From a bacterium (lineage in GTDB: Bacteria > Caldisericota > JANLFM01), in the NCBI GenBank assembly GCA_037131855.1, contig JBAXQG010000001.1:1-44731 (forward strand): DNA of 44,731 bases, read 5' to 3'. Under the pieces are notes generated by a model. It ran no database searches. It was not told where the DNA came from and worked only from the letters and a program-made list of their open reading frames with translations. Both the position numbers and the translations under genes were made by a program. Shown in pieces: positions 25,075 through 33,620 of this stretch (positions are counted from its first letter, which is position 1; each line of letters opens with the position of its first letter).

Positions 25075-27085
25075 AAGCGGGGGAAGCAAACGACGCGACC
25101 CCCATCAGCAGGAACGGGCTTTATTGTGGGTAATGCTGGTCATCGTTGGCATTGTTGCCATTGCGGTCTTGGCTTACTATCTTCCTCGAGTGACTGCTTT
25201 CTTCTGGGGAGCGCTGGCTTGGGATCTGCCCCTCTTTTTTTTCCTTCTGCTGATCGGTTTCCTCCTTTGGCGAAACCTGCAAAAAGGCCGCTCGCGTTTC
25301 TTGCTCGCTTTTGCTCTGGGTTCTCTGCTGATCTTGCTGATCGTCGGGTATGTCAGCCGGGGTTGGTGGGTGGTGGGAGTTTTTAATACCCTTGGGTGGA
25401 TTGCTTATCTCTTGATGTGTTTCCTATTCCTGGCTTGTTTCTCTGCACTTTTCTGGCCAGGACTATTGGGATGGTGGAAGACTCGACAGAAGCGAGCCAA
25501 AGCCCTTAAAGAGGGGGAGATCATCATCTCCTCGATGGAGGCGCCTTCTCGGGAAGTCGCGAAAGAAGCAAAGTCCAAACCGTATCGTCCAAAGATCTCT
25601 CCCGCGCTGGAGCGGAAACCGACCCTTGATAAGCCGTCAAAGACGCCGTCAACCGCTCTCGTTCCACCTGCCTACCGCTTGCCACCCTTCGATTTGCTGC
25701 GAAAGCCGGTTCAAGAGAACCCCAAGATCTCCCGGCGGGAGACCCGCAATGTGGCGCAGATTCTGGAAGACAAGCTAAATAGCTTCGGCATTGGGACGCA
25801 CGTGGTGAATATCGAAGTGGGGCCAGCCATCACACGTTACGAACTGCAACTGGACCCCGGGGTGAAGGTTTCAAAGATCCTGAACCTTTCCGACGACATT
25901 GCGCTGACTCTCGCTGCAACGGGTGTCCGAATTGAGGCGCCTGTCCCCGGAAAATCTGTATTGGGGATTGAAGTGCCTTCGGAGAAGATTTCCCTTGTTT
26001 ACCTGCGCGAGATCGTCGAGAGCGAGGCATTTGTGAAGCGGACATTCCGCATTCCTTTGACCTTGGGAAAGGATATTGGGGGCCATCCTGTCGTTGGGGA
26101 ACTGCGAGAGATGCCTCACCTCCTCGTAGCGGGAGCGACCGGCAGCGGGAAGAGCGTCTGTATCAACTCCATCCTCTCCGGCATTCTCTATCACTCCACT
26201 CCCGATGAAGTTCGGTTGGTTCTCATTGACCCAAAACGAGTAGAGCTCTACAACTACCGCCAGTTACCTCACCTGCTCTATCCGGTAGTGATGGACGTGA
26301 AGCAAGCAGGAGCTGTCTTGAAAGAGATTGTCAACGATATGGAGAGCCGTTTGGTGCAGTTCTCGGAATTAGGGGCGCGAGATATCGAAGCCTATAACTT
26401 GAAAGTAAAAGAGCAGGATTTGGGAGAACCCTTGCCATACTATGTTGTGGTGATCGACGAATTGGCCGATCTCATGATGGTTGCCCCAGCAGAAGTGGAG
26501 AAATACATCATCCGCTTGGCTCAGCTAGCCCGCGCCACAGGCATACACCTGATCGTGGCCACCCAGCGACCTTCCACAGACGTCATCACTGGTATCATCA
26601 AGGCGAACATTCCCTCCCGCATCGCTTTTGCCGTAGCTTCTCAGATGGACTCCCGCGTGATCTTGGACATGAATGGCGCAGAAAAACTATTGGGACGCGG
26701 AGACATGCTCTTCTATCCAGTCAATTACCCAAAGCCGGTCCGCCTTCAAGGCGCTTTGGTCTCCGAAGCGGAGATCGACTTGGTCGTTTCCTTCTGGAAA
26801 GAGCAGAACCAGGACAATACGTTTCGCCCCTTGCCCATCCTTCAAGCTGAGGGCAAGGATTGGGAGGAAGAAGAGGATGACCCTCTCTTTGAAGAGGCAG
26901 TGCAGTGGGTGATGCAAGCTGGGGAAGGTTCGGCCTCGATGCTGCAGCGCAAGATGAAGGTCGGATATGCGCGGGCTGGACGGCTGATCGATCTCATGGA
27001 ACGGCGTGGCATCGTGGGACCGGCGAGTGGGTCCAAACCGCGCCAAATCCTGCGCCATACCGATCAGTCTTCCCTGAAATTCTAA
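25037..27085 (+). CDS. ftsK: DNA translocase FtsK/SpoIIIE
   Basis: N-terminal TM helices, Walker A GATGSGKS, VVIDELADLM, a RecA-like motor, and a C-terminal gamma winged-helix (SASMLQRKMKVGYARAGRLIDLME). ATG 25037 follows GGAGGAG. Upstream alternatives are TTG 24947 and GTG 24962. Confidence 0.93.
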   Translation: MATPSPARKKINKSGGSKRRDPHQQERALLWVMLVIVGIVAIAVLAYYLPRVTAFFWGALAWDLPLFFFLLLIGFLLWRNLQKGRSRFLLAFALGSLLILLIVGYVSRGWWVVGVFNTLGWIAYLLMCFLFLACFSALFWPGLLGWWKTRQKRAKALKEGEIIISSMEAPSREVAKEAKSKPYRPKISPALERKPTLDKPSKTPSTALVPPAYRLPPFDLLRKPVQENPKISRRETRNVAQILEDKLNSFGIGTHVVNIEVGPAITRYELQLDPGVKVSKILNLSDDIALTLAATGVRIEAPVPGKSVLGIEVPSEKISLVYLREIVESEAFVKRTFRIPLTLGKDIGGHPVVGELREMPHLLVAGATGSGKSVCINSILSGILYHSTPDEVRLVLIDPKRVELYNYRQLPHLLYPVVMDVKQAGAVLKEIVNDMESRLVQFSELGARDIEAYNLKVKEQDLGEPLPYYVVVIDELADLMMVAPAEVEKYIIRLAQLARATGIHLIVATQRPSTDVITGIIKANIPSRIAFAVASQMDSRVILDMNGAEKLLGRGDMLFYPVNYPKPVRLQGALVSEAEIDLVVSFWKEQNQDNTFRPLPILQAEGKDWEEEEDDPLFEEAVQWVMQAGEGSASMLQRKMKVGYARAGRLIDLMERRGIVGPASGSKPRQILRHTDQSSLKF

Positions 27086-27363
27086 TGCGCCCAGTTCTGC
27101 CATTGGCTATGGGTGATCGGTTGCTTCTGCGAAAGAAGCACCCCTGCGGCTCCGATCGCTGGGAAGTGGTCCGTTTGGGGGCAGATATTCGCATTCGCTG
27201 TCTTGGCTGCGGCCATTTCGTTTTGCTGTCGCGCGCCTCGTTGGAGAAACGAGTGCGCAAAAAACTAGTTTCTCAGTTGCCAGAAGAGAGCGAGAACAGT
27301 GGTGCGGCGATGTCAGGGTGCTATGATGGTAGAAAATCCCCATATGAAGGTGAGAGGAAATGA
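27085..27363 (+). CDS. DUF951-family small protein with an extended C-terminus
   Basis: LLLRKKHPCGSDRWEVVRLGADIRIRCLGCGHFVLL is typical of DUF951. TAATG overlap with the ftsK stop. Confidence 0.75.
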   Translation: MRPVLPLAMGDRLLLRKKHPCGSDRWEVVRLGADIRIRCLGCGHFVLLSRASLEKRVRKKLVSQLPEESENSGAAMSGCYDGRKSPYEGERK

Positions 27364-28289
27364 TTATTCGAAATCTCATCATTTTACTGATTAATCTCGG
27401 CTTGGGCGTCTTTTGGGCTCTTGAGACCAAATTCGCCTATTTTGGCAACCTCTTTATTGAACCGTACCGAAGTTGGATGCCGGTTTTCTGTTTTGCGCTA
27501 ATCCTGCTGTGGACACTGCTCTCGATGCTGATCCTGCGCCGGTGGGGTTGGACTTCGCTTGGGTTGCTATTCACCTTCGTGGCCTATGGAGTTGTCACTT
27601 TCCTCTTCGTGCCAACAGCTAGCCTCTTCAACCTGGTGAACTTTTCGACTGCCCTTGCTGCCACTTTGTTAAGCGTCTTCCTTGTTTCCTTTTATGCCGA
27701 GCATGCTGCTGGGTTGCTGGGTTATATGGTTCAAGCCCGGAAGCACCAAGTGACAGTACAAACAGCAGCGGGGCCTTTTTGGTTCATCTTTGCCTTAATC
27801 CTTGGTTTTCTCAATGCCTTGGCCCTCTACTACCGTTGGCTTCCAATGGACGCGATCACCTTTCTCGGCTCTCCGCAGATTTTTCGACTTTCCCTCTATC
27901 TTCTGTTCGCTACTCTCGGTGGGCTGCTCACCCTCTCTACTGGTTGGAGCACGCTGGCTTCTTTCTCCTTTGTCTTCCTCAGTGAGTTTCTCACATTGTT
28001 TCTCTACACCACCTATGCTTCCTTCAGCCAGTTGGGGGCAGAACTGGCTGGGGTCTTCGTAGACCCGGCACGGGTAACCTTACCCGCGCTGATGGTTTTT
28101 CTTAGCACACTCTGGGGGTTGGCTGCCGGTTACTACGCGCAGCGCTACTTCTTTTTAAAGGAGGGAAAACGGGCTGGTGAATTGGAGAAACTAGAGCTGA
28201 CCGCAAAAGAAGGGGAATTGCTTGCCATTTCGACTTCAGAGGAAATACCTGCTTTGGAAGTTCTTCCAAAGACGCCTCCAACTCTCTAA
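27360..28289 (+). CDS. polytopic integral membrane protein, family not recognised (possibly YybS/DUF2232-like, judging by position near rpsF)
   Basis: 309 aa with about 8 hydrophobic helices and a charged C-terminal tail. ATGA overlap with the DUF951 stop. Confidence 0.7.
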   Translation: MIIRNLIILLINLGLGVFWALETKFAYFGNLFIEPYRSWMPVFCFALILLWTLLSMLILRRWGWTSLGLLFTFVAYGVVTFLFVPTASLFNLVNFSTALAATLLSVFLVSFYAEHAAGLLGYMVQARKHQVTVQTAAGPFWFIFALILGFLNALALYYRWLPMDAITFLGSPQIFRLSLYLLFATLGGLLTLSTGWSTLASFSFVFLSEFLTLFLYTTYASFSQLGAELAGVFVDPARVTLPALMVFLSTLWGLAAGYYAQRYFFLKEGKRAGELEKLELTAKEGELLAISTSEEIPALEVLPKTPPTL

Positions 28290-28292
28290 CTT

Positions 28293-28321
28293 TTGGCACG
28301 AAGAGCCATTCATGATAGAAT
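28293..28321 (+). promoter_or_regulatory. candidate sigma-70/SigA-type promoter (extended -10) for rpsF-ssb-rpsR-rplI-dnaB
   Basis: TTGGCA (28293-28298), a 17-nt spacer ending in TGA, then TAGAAT (28316-28321). Confidence 0.5.
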
Positions 28322-28381
28322 ATCAAGCCGTCACCGACCCTGCTCCGAACAACGGAGCAAATCCCGAAGGGAGTGAACAGA

Positions 28382-28663
28382 TTGCGTCCATATGAAGTAT
28401 GTCTGATCGCTACCCCCGCCTTAGCCCCGGAAGAGGCTGACAAGCTGGCAGAGAAGGTGCAAGAGATTATTGCCAGCACAGGCGGCGAGGTAAGCAAAGT
28501 GGACCGCTGGGGGAAGCGCAGATTGGCTTTTCCCATCCAGCGGCAAAATGAGGGGTACTATTTCATCTTTACCTTGTTAGGCACCCCACCCAGTATCGCT
28601 GAGGCCAAGCGTCAGATGACGCTGGTGCCGGAAGTCATTCGATTCATGTTCGTGCGACAGTAA
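28382..28663 (+). CDS. rpsF: 30S ribosomal protein S6
   Basis: MRPYEVCLIATP...RWGKRRLAFPIQRQNEGYYFIF... TTG 28382 lies 8 nt after GAAGGGAG; the alternative is GTG 28373. Confidence 0.93.
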   Translation: MRPYEVCLIATPALAPEEADKLAEKVQEIIASTGGEVSKVDRWGKRRLAFPIQRQNEGYYFIFTLLGTPPSIAEAKRQMTLVPEVIRFMFVRQ

Positions 28664-28676
28664 CGAGCCGGATCTC

Positions 28677-29111
28677 ATGATCAACCACGTCATTTTGATG
28701 GGAAATTTGGTCGCTGACCCCGAGTTGCGGTATACCCCTTCCGGTGTCTCGGTGGCGACCTTTCGTTTGGCAGTGAACGACAACTACACTACCCAGAGTG
28801 GAGAGCGTCGAGAAAATGCCTATTTCTTCAACGTGAAGGTTTGGAAAAAACAAGCAGTCAACGTGGCAAACTTCCTGAAGAAAGGGAAAAGAGCCTTGGT
28901 GGAGGGACGGTTAACCAGCCGTATCTACGAGAAAGATGGGCAGAAACTCTCTTGGGTAGAGATCTCTGCCACCTCAGTGACTTTCCTTGACCGGCCGACC
29001 ACGACCGCTGAGGGCAGTCCCGAGTCCTTTTCGCCCATAATCGAGGATAGCGAGACGTTTCCACCTGATGATTTTGCGACCGATCGTTCCAACGACGAGT
29101 TTGTTGGATAG
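28677..29111 (+). CDS. ssb: single-stranded DNA-binding protein
   Basis: [34 protein letters not shown]... OB fold with an acidic C-terminal region. Confidence 0.93.
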   Translation: MINHVILMGNLVADPELRYTPSGVSVATFRLAVNDNYTTQSGERRENAYFFNVKVWKKQAVNVANFLKKGKRALVEGRLTSRIYEKDGQKLSWVEISATSVTFLDRPTTTAEGSPESFSPIIEDSETFPPDDFATDRSNDEFVG

Positions 29112-29125
29112 GAAGAGGGATAACG

Positions 29126-29395
29126 ATGGATTCTAGAAAACCCATGGACCCGCGGCGGCGCCGTCCCCGCGGTCCCAAAGACAGAAGACCCCGCAAGAAA
29201 TTCTGCGCATTCTGCGCTGAAAAGAATCTATTCATCGATTACAAGGATGCCAACCGGTTGCGAAAGTTCCTTAGCGAGAAAGGCAAAATCATCCCTCGCC
29301 GGGTCACCGGGAATTGCGCCAGACATCAGCGAGCTTTAACCCGCGCCATTAAAAGGGCTCGCGTAATGGCTCTTTTGCCGTACGTGGTCGACTAG
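29126..29395 (+). CDS. rpsR: 30S ribosomal protein S18
   Basis: ...[56 protein letters not shown]... Confidence 0.95.
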   Translation: MDSRKPMDPRRRRPRGPKDRRPRKKFCAFCAEKNLFIDYKDANRLRKFLSEKGKIIPRRVTGNCARHQRALTRAIKRARVMALLPYVVD

Positions 29396-29396
29396 G

Positions 29397-29846
29397 ATGA
29401 AGGTCATTCTATTAAAAGATCACCCAGAATTGGGGAAACAAGGTGCAGTGGTGGACGCGAAAGATGGATATGCCCGCAACTACCTCATTCCCCGACAGTG
29501 GGCAGAAGAAGCTACTTCTGGCGCTTTGCGCACACTTGAGCAACGCAGGTCTGGCTGGAAGAAGCGCGAAGACCGAGAGCTAGCGGAAGCAAAGAAGATT
29601 GCTGCGGTGATAGAAGGAAAACCATTGGTGTTTATCACCGAGGCAGGGGAGAGCGGTAAGTTGTTCGGCTCGGTCACTGCACAAGATATCGTCGAGGCGA
29701 TCCTTTCCACTTATCAAACTTCCGTCGAACGAAAACGGGTTCTGCTGGAGGATTCGATTCGTACTCTTGGGAAGCACAAGATCCCGATTAAACTGCACCG
29801 TGAGTTGACCATCGAGGTCGAGCTGGAAGTAAAAGCGAAGGAATAA
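29397..29846 (+). CDS. rplI: 50S ribosomal protein L9
   Basis: MKVILLKDHPELGKQGAVVDAKDGYARNYLIP... Confidence 0.95.
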   Translation: MKVILLKDHPELGKQGAVVDAKDGYARNYLIPRQWAEEATSGALRTLEQRRSGWKKREDRELAEAKKIAAVIEGKPLVFITEAGESGKLFGSVTAQDIVEAILSTYQTSVERKRVLLEDSIRTLGKHKIPIKLHRELTIEVELEVKAKE

Positions 29847-29850
29847 GGCC

Positions 29851-31197
29851 TTGTCTACTGAGCTCTCCCGCTTACCTCCTCACAATTTAGACGCGGAGCA
29901 GGCGGTCTTGGGTTCCTTGCTGCTCGACCGGGATGTGATCGCCCAGGTTCTGGAGATACTCAGCCCGGTCGATTTTTATCGCGAACCGCATGCCGTCATT
30001 TTCTCCGCGATCGCTGACCTATTGGAACGTGGGGAACCGGTCGATATCGTTACGGTGGTGGATAGCCTGCGCAACCAAGGAAGATTGGAGACGGTAGGGG
30101 GGAGTGCCTATATCGCTTCCCTAGCCTCGGTGGTTCCAACTGCCTCAAACGCACTTTACTATTCGCGCATTGTCGAGCAAAAATCCGTACTACGTCGCCT
30201 GATCGAGGCTGGAACGAAAATCGCCACGCTCGGGTATGACACCGATACCCCCCTCGAAGAACTGATCGATCAATCGGAAAAGTTGGTCTTCACCATCGCC
30301 CAACGCCGCCTTTCGACGGATTTCGTAGAGATCAAGGGATTGGTTACCGAGGTATATGCGCGGATCGATAATCTGTTCCATAACAAGCGCTTGACTACCG
30401 GGGTGCGGACCGGGTTTGATACCCTGGATCGCCTGACCGCAGGCTTCCAGTCTTCCGACATGGTCATTGTGGCCGCTCGACCCTCGGTGGGCAAAACATC
30501 CTTCTGCCTGAACGTGGCGGAATATGTAGCATTGAAGGAGAAGCTTCCCGTCGCCATATTTTCACTGGAGATGAGCAAAGAACAGTTGGTGCAGCGGATG
30601 ATCTGTTCCCAGGCGCGCGTAGATGCCCAAAAGGTACGCACAGGCTTCCTCAGCAACGAAGACATGGAGCGTCTCAGCAACACTGTGCCTGAACTCTACA
30701 GAGCCCCTATCTATATCGACGATACACCCGGCATCTCGTTATTGGAGATTCGTGTCAAGGCGAGGCGCCTGAAGATGGAACGGGGCTTGGGGATCGTGAT
30801 AGTTGACTACCTGCAGTTGATGTCCAACCGGACCCGGGCTGAGAACCGCGTGCAAGAGATCTCTGAGATGACGCGCGGCCTGAAAAACCTCGCCCGAGAG
30901 CTGCAAGTCCCAATCATTGTCATTTCGCAGCTCTCCCGTGAGGTGGAGAAGCGGGATAAAAAGATCCCTCAACTGTCAGACTTAAGAGAGTCCGGTTCCA
31001 TCGAACAAGACGCAGACACCGTTTTAATGCTCTATCGAGAGGACCTTTACAAACAACATGAGAGCGGTGACCAAACGGGCGTCACGGAAATCAGAATCGC
31101 CAAGCAGCGCAATGGGCCAACCGGCATCGTCAAGTTGAAGTTCATTCAAGAGTACACCCGCTTCGAGAATCTTGGCACTCACGGCGATAGTTTTTAA
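29851..31197 (+). CDS. dnaB: replicative DNA helicase (DnaB/DnaC type)
   Basis: PPHNLDAEQAVLGSLLLD, Walker A ARPSVGKTSF, IVDYLQLM, ISQLSREVEKR, GSIEQDAD. TTG start at 29851. Confidence 0.97.
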   Translation: MSTELSRLPPHNLDAEQAVLGSLLLDRDVIAQVLEILSPVDFYREPHAVIFSAIADLLERGEPVDIVTVVDSLRNQGRLETVGGSAYIASLASVVPTASNALYYSRIVEQKSVLRRLIEAGTKIATLGYDTDTPLEELIDQSEKLVFTIAQRRLSTDFVEIKGLVTEVYARIDNLFHNKRLTTGVRTGFDTLDRLTAGFQSSDMVIVAARPSVGKTSFCLNVAEYVALKEKLPVAIFSLEMSKEQLVQRMICSQARVDAQKVRTGFLSNEDMERLSNTVPELYRAPIYIDDTPGISLLEIRVKARRLKMERGLGIVIVDYLQLMSNRTRAENRVQEISEMTRGLKNLARELQVPIIVISQLSREVEKRDKKIPQLSDLRESGSIEQDADTVLMLYREDLYKQHESGDQTGVTEIRIAKQRNGPTGIVKLKFIQEYTRFENLGTHGDSF

Positions 31198-31265
31198 GCA
31201 AGAATGAACACAGCGATAGTGGGAATTCTGCAAATCATCCCCGTTGCACAAAAGGAGCAGCTGAT

Positions 31266-31294
31266 TTGCAGGATCTTCCGTTATTTTCTATAAT
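31266..31294 (+). promoter_or_regulatory. candidate sigma-70/SigA-type promoter for tRNA-Lys
   Basis: TTGCAG (31266-31271), a 17-nt spacer, then consensus TATAAT (31289-31294), about 30 nt upstream of the tRNA 5' end. Confidence 0.55.
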
Positions 31295-31325
31295 CAGAGC
31301 TTGTTTCGGTGCCAACAGTACGTGT

Positions 31326-31401
31326 GGGCCGTTAGCTCAGCTGGTAGAGCATCTGCCTTTTAAGCAGGGGGTCACAGGTTCGAGTCCTGTACGGCTCACC
31401 A
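31326..31401 (+). tRNA. tRNA-Lys (anticodon UUU), CCA encoded
   Basis: Cloverleaf read by eye: acceptor GGGCCGT/ACGGCTC, D-arm GCTC-AGCTGGTA-GAGC, anticodon loop CTTTTAA, T-arm ACAGG-TTCGAGT-CCTGT, discriminator A, then CCA. Confidence 0.95.
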
Positions 31402-31479
31402 AGATATTTCACGCGTAAATTGTACTTTGTTGGTTGAGAATTTGCTAAATCTCACCTGAGAAACCATCTATCTCGGTTT

Positions 31480-31514
31480 GAGACTTCCTTTTGAAATCTC
31501 TTTTTATTGTTTTC
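31480..31514 (+). terminator. possible weak intrinsic terminator after tRNA-Lys
   Basis: Stem GAGACTTC / GAAATCTC (one C-A mismatch), loop CTTTT, followed by TTTTTATTGTTTT. Confidence 0.35.
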
Positions 31515-31701
31515 AAACTCCCCGGTATTGCCGAAGCTGGGTCGGGATCTAAGGACAATCGCCATGCCCATTCTTCTCTGTCGGTGTTTATTCCTGGTAA
31601 AATTACTGAATCGGAACCGTCAGCGAAGGAGGTTCTTCTCATCATGGAACTCAAAGTAGGAAAACCAATCAAATCATCGTACTGAGGCTGGAAATGAAAT
31701 C

Positions 31702-32574
31702 ATGTGTCAACTGATTGTTCACGGAGGAGCCGGGAAGATCCGTAGTTCCCAGCTATATCGGGAGGGTCTGGAAGAATCACTTCGTCGAGGGTACGGCGCC
31801 TTGGAGAAGGAAGGCGCCTTGGAGGGCGTCATAGCAGCAGTCCTCTCACTTGAGGCAAACCCGTTGTTCAATTGTGGGACTGGGTCGGCGTTAAATCTAG
31901 ACGGAGAAGTAGAGATGGACGCCTCCGTCATGACCAGCGAGGAGCGTTTTGGCGCAGTGGGTTCCCTAAAACGGGTCGAGCATCCCATTCTGATTGCCAG
32001 GCGCGTGATGGAGGAGACGGACCACCTCCTGATCGTAGGAGATGGCGCAGAACGATTGGCTCGCTATTGGGGGTACCCACTCTACGATCCCGTCGTCGAG
32101 AGCCGCCAGAACGAGCTGGAAGATGTCAAAAGAAAGGGCAGCGCTTTTCTTCCCAATCTGCGCAGATTTCTTGTGGAAGAAGCGAAGGGAACCGTCGGCG
32201 CAGTGGCTCGCGATCGGTCAGGCTTCATCGCTGTAGCCACCTCCACAGGAGGGTACGCCGCCAAGCTTCCCGGACGTATCGGAGATTCGGCTATCTTGGG
32301 AGCCGGAACCTATGCCTCACGCTGGGGCGGCGCGTCAGCCACGGGTCATGGCGAACAAATCTGGCGGAAGCTTCTTTGCTTCGAGGCGGTGGAAGGGATG
32401 CGCAATGACCCTGCTGGACGAGTGATTCCCCGCCTGGTGAGGGAAGCCAAGGAGCAGGGTTGTAGCTGTGGTTTGATCGGAATCGACTGGAGAGGGCGCC
32501 TGTCCCAGGCCTTCAACACGGAAGCGATGCTCTGGGGTAGTATCGAAGATGGGCAATGGACTCTCAATGCATAG
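31702..32574 (+). CDS. isoaspartyl peptidase / L-asparaginase (Ntn-hydrolase, asparaginase-2 family), paralogue 1
   Basis: IVHGGAG, NPLFNCGTGSALNLDGEVEMDASVM, HPILIAR, autoprocessing/nucleophile site KG-TVGAVARD, TSTGG, GDSAILGAGTYA, ATGHGEQI. Confidence 0.9.
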   Translation: MCQLIVHGGAGKIRSSQLYREGLEESLRRGYGALEKEGALEGVIAAVLSLEANPLFNCGTGSALNLDGEVEMDASVMTSEERFGAVGSLKRVEHPILIARRVMEETDHLLIVGDGAERLARYWGYPLYDPVVESRQNELEDVKRKGSAFLPNLRRFLVEEAKGTVGAVARDRSGFIAVATSTGGYAAKLPGRIGDSAILGAGTYASRWGGASATGHGEQIWRKLLCFEAVEGMRNDPAGRVIPRLVREAKEQGCSCGLIGIDWRGRLSQAFNTEAMLWGSIEDGQWTLNA

Positions 32575-32625
32575 AAAGATATTGGTCACTCTGATTGCGA
32601 AAAAGACCAAAGGGTAAGCGGCTCC

Positions 32626-33525
32626 ATGCAGCTTATCATCCACGGTGGAGCTTGGAATGATCATGGGGGATCTTTGCGGGCTGTCGCCGGGATTAGGTAT
32701 CAAGAGGGGATCCAACGTGCGCTTGACCGCGGGATTGCTCTTCTAGAGAGGGGAAATGCGCTGGAAGCAGTTATTGCCTCCATTGAGGTTCTTGAGGATG
32801 ACCCTCTTTTCAACTGTGGCACCGGTTCTTCCTTGAATCTTGATGGGCAGGCTCAGATGGATGCTGCCGTGATGACCAGCGAAGGGTCCTTCGCAGCGGT
32901 GGCAGCCTTGCAGAATGTACAGCACCCGATCGCTGTGGCGCGTGAAGTGATGACGCGCACTGATCATCTCCTCCTGGCGGGGGAAGCCGCTACCAGGTTT
33001 GCCCGCTCCTGCGGATTCCCTTCCTATGATCCGACCACTGACTCGCAGCGGTCTCTATGGCGAGAGATCGTTGATCATGGGCAGGCCAATCTTCTTCCCC
33101 ACCTGGCGAGTTTCCGCGATCTGCAGCGTTGCAGTGATACGGTTGGAGCAGTAGCCAGAGATCGAAGCGGGCAATTGGCGATCGCTTGCTCCACCGGGGG
33201 CTTGGCTGGAAAGCTTCCGGGTCGGGTTGGCGACACCCCGATCCTAGGCGCTGGTCTTTTTGCCTCTCGTTGGGGCGCTGCTGCCGCTACTGGCCATGGC
33301 GAACAGATCATGCGCCGTCTGTTGGCTTTCCGCGCAGTTCAGGTGATGCGCCGGGAGCCTGTCTGGAAAGCGGTCGCCATTCCTTTGTCTCTGAGCTCTC
33401 AGACCTTCCCAGGAGGCCTCATTGGCATCGACTGGCGCGGTCAGATCGGCTATTTCGCTAATACTGAACGGATGCCAGTGGGGATCTATGATAGAGGACG
33501 GATTCAGATTCGTTCCTTGGACTAA
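32626..33525 (+). CDS. isoaspartyl peptidase / L-asparaginase (Ntn-hydrolase, asparaginase-2 family), paralogue 2
   Basis: IIHGGAW, DPLFNCGTGSSLNLDGQAQMDAAVM, nucleophile site SD-TVGAVARD, CSTGG, GDTPILGAGLFA, ATGHGEQI. By eye it is roughly half identical to paralogue 1. Confidence 0.9.
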   Translation: MQLIIHGGAWNDHGGSLRAVAGIRYQEGIQRALDRGIALLERGNALEAVIASIEVLEDDPLFNCGTGSSLNLDGQAQMDAAVMTSEGSFAAVAALQNVQHPIAVAREVMTRTDHLLLAGEAATRFARSCGFPSYDPTTDSQRSLWREIVDHGQANLLPHLASFRDLQRCSDTVGAVARDRSGQLAIACSTGGLAGKLPGRVGDTPILGAGLFASRWGAAAATGHGEQIMRRLLAFRAVQVMRREPVWKAVAIPLSLSSQTFPGGLIGIDWRGQIGYFANTERMPVGIYDRGRIQIRSLD

Positions 33526-33591
33526 TCAGCCTGGAGCAGCATGCACAATCATACGCTTTGAGGAGATGGCTCCAAACAGCCCCCATCGACC

Positions 33592-33620
33592 TTGCGAGGG
33601 AGGATGGGATCGAGTAGACT
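33592..33620 (+). promoter_or_regulatory. candidate promoter for tRNA-Glu/tRNA-Gln (and possibly glmU-prs)
   Basis: TTGCGA (33592-33597), a 17-nt spacer, then TAGACT (33615-33620), 17 nt before tRNA-Glu. Confidence 0.3.
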
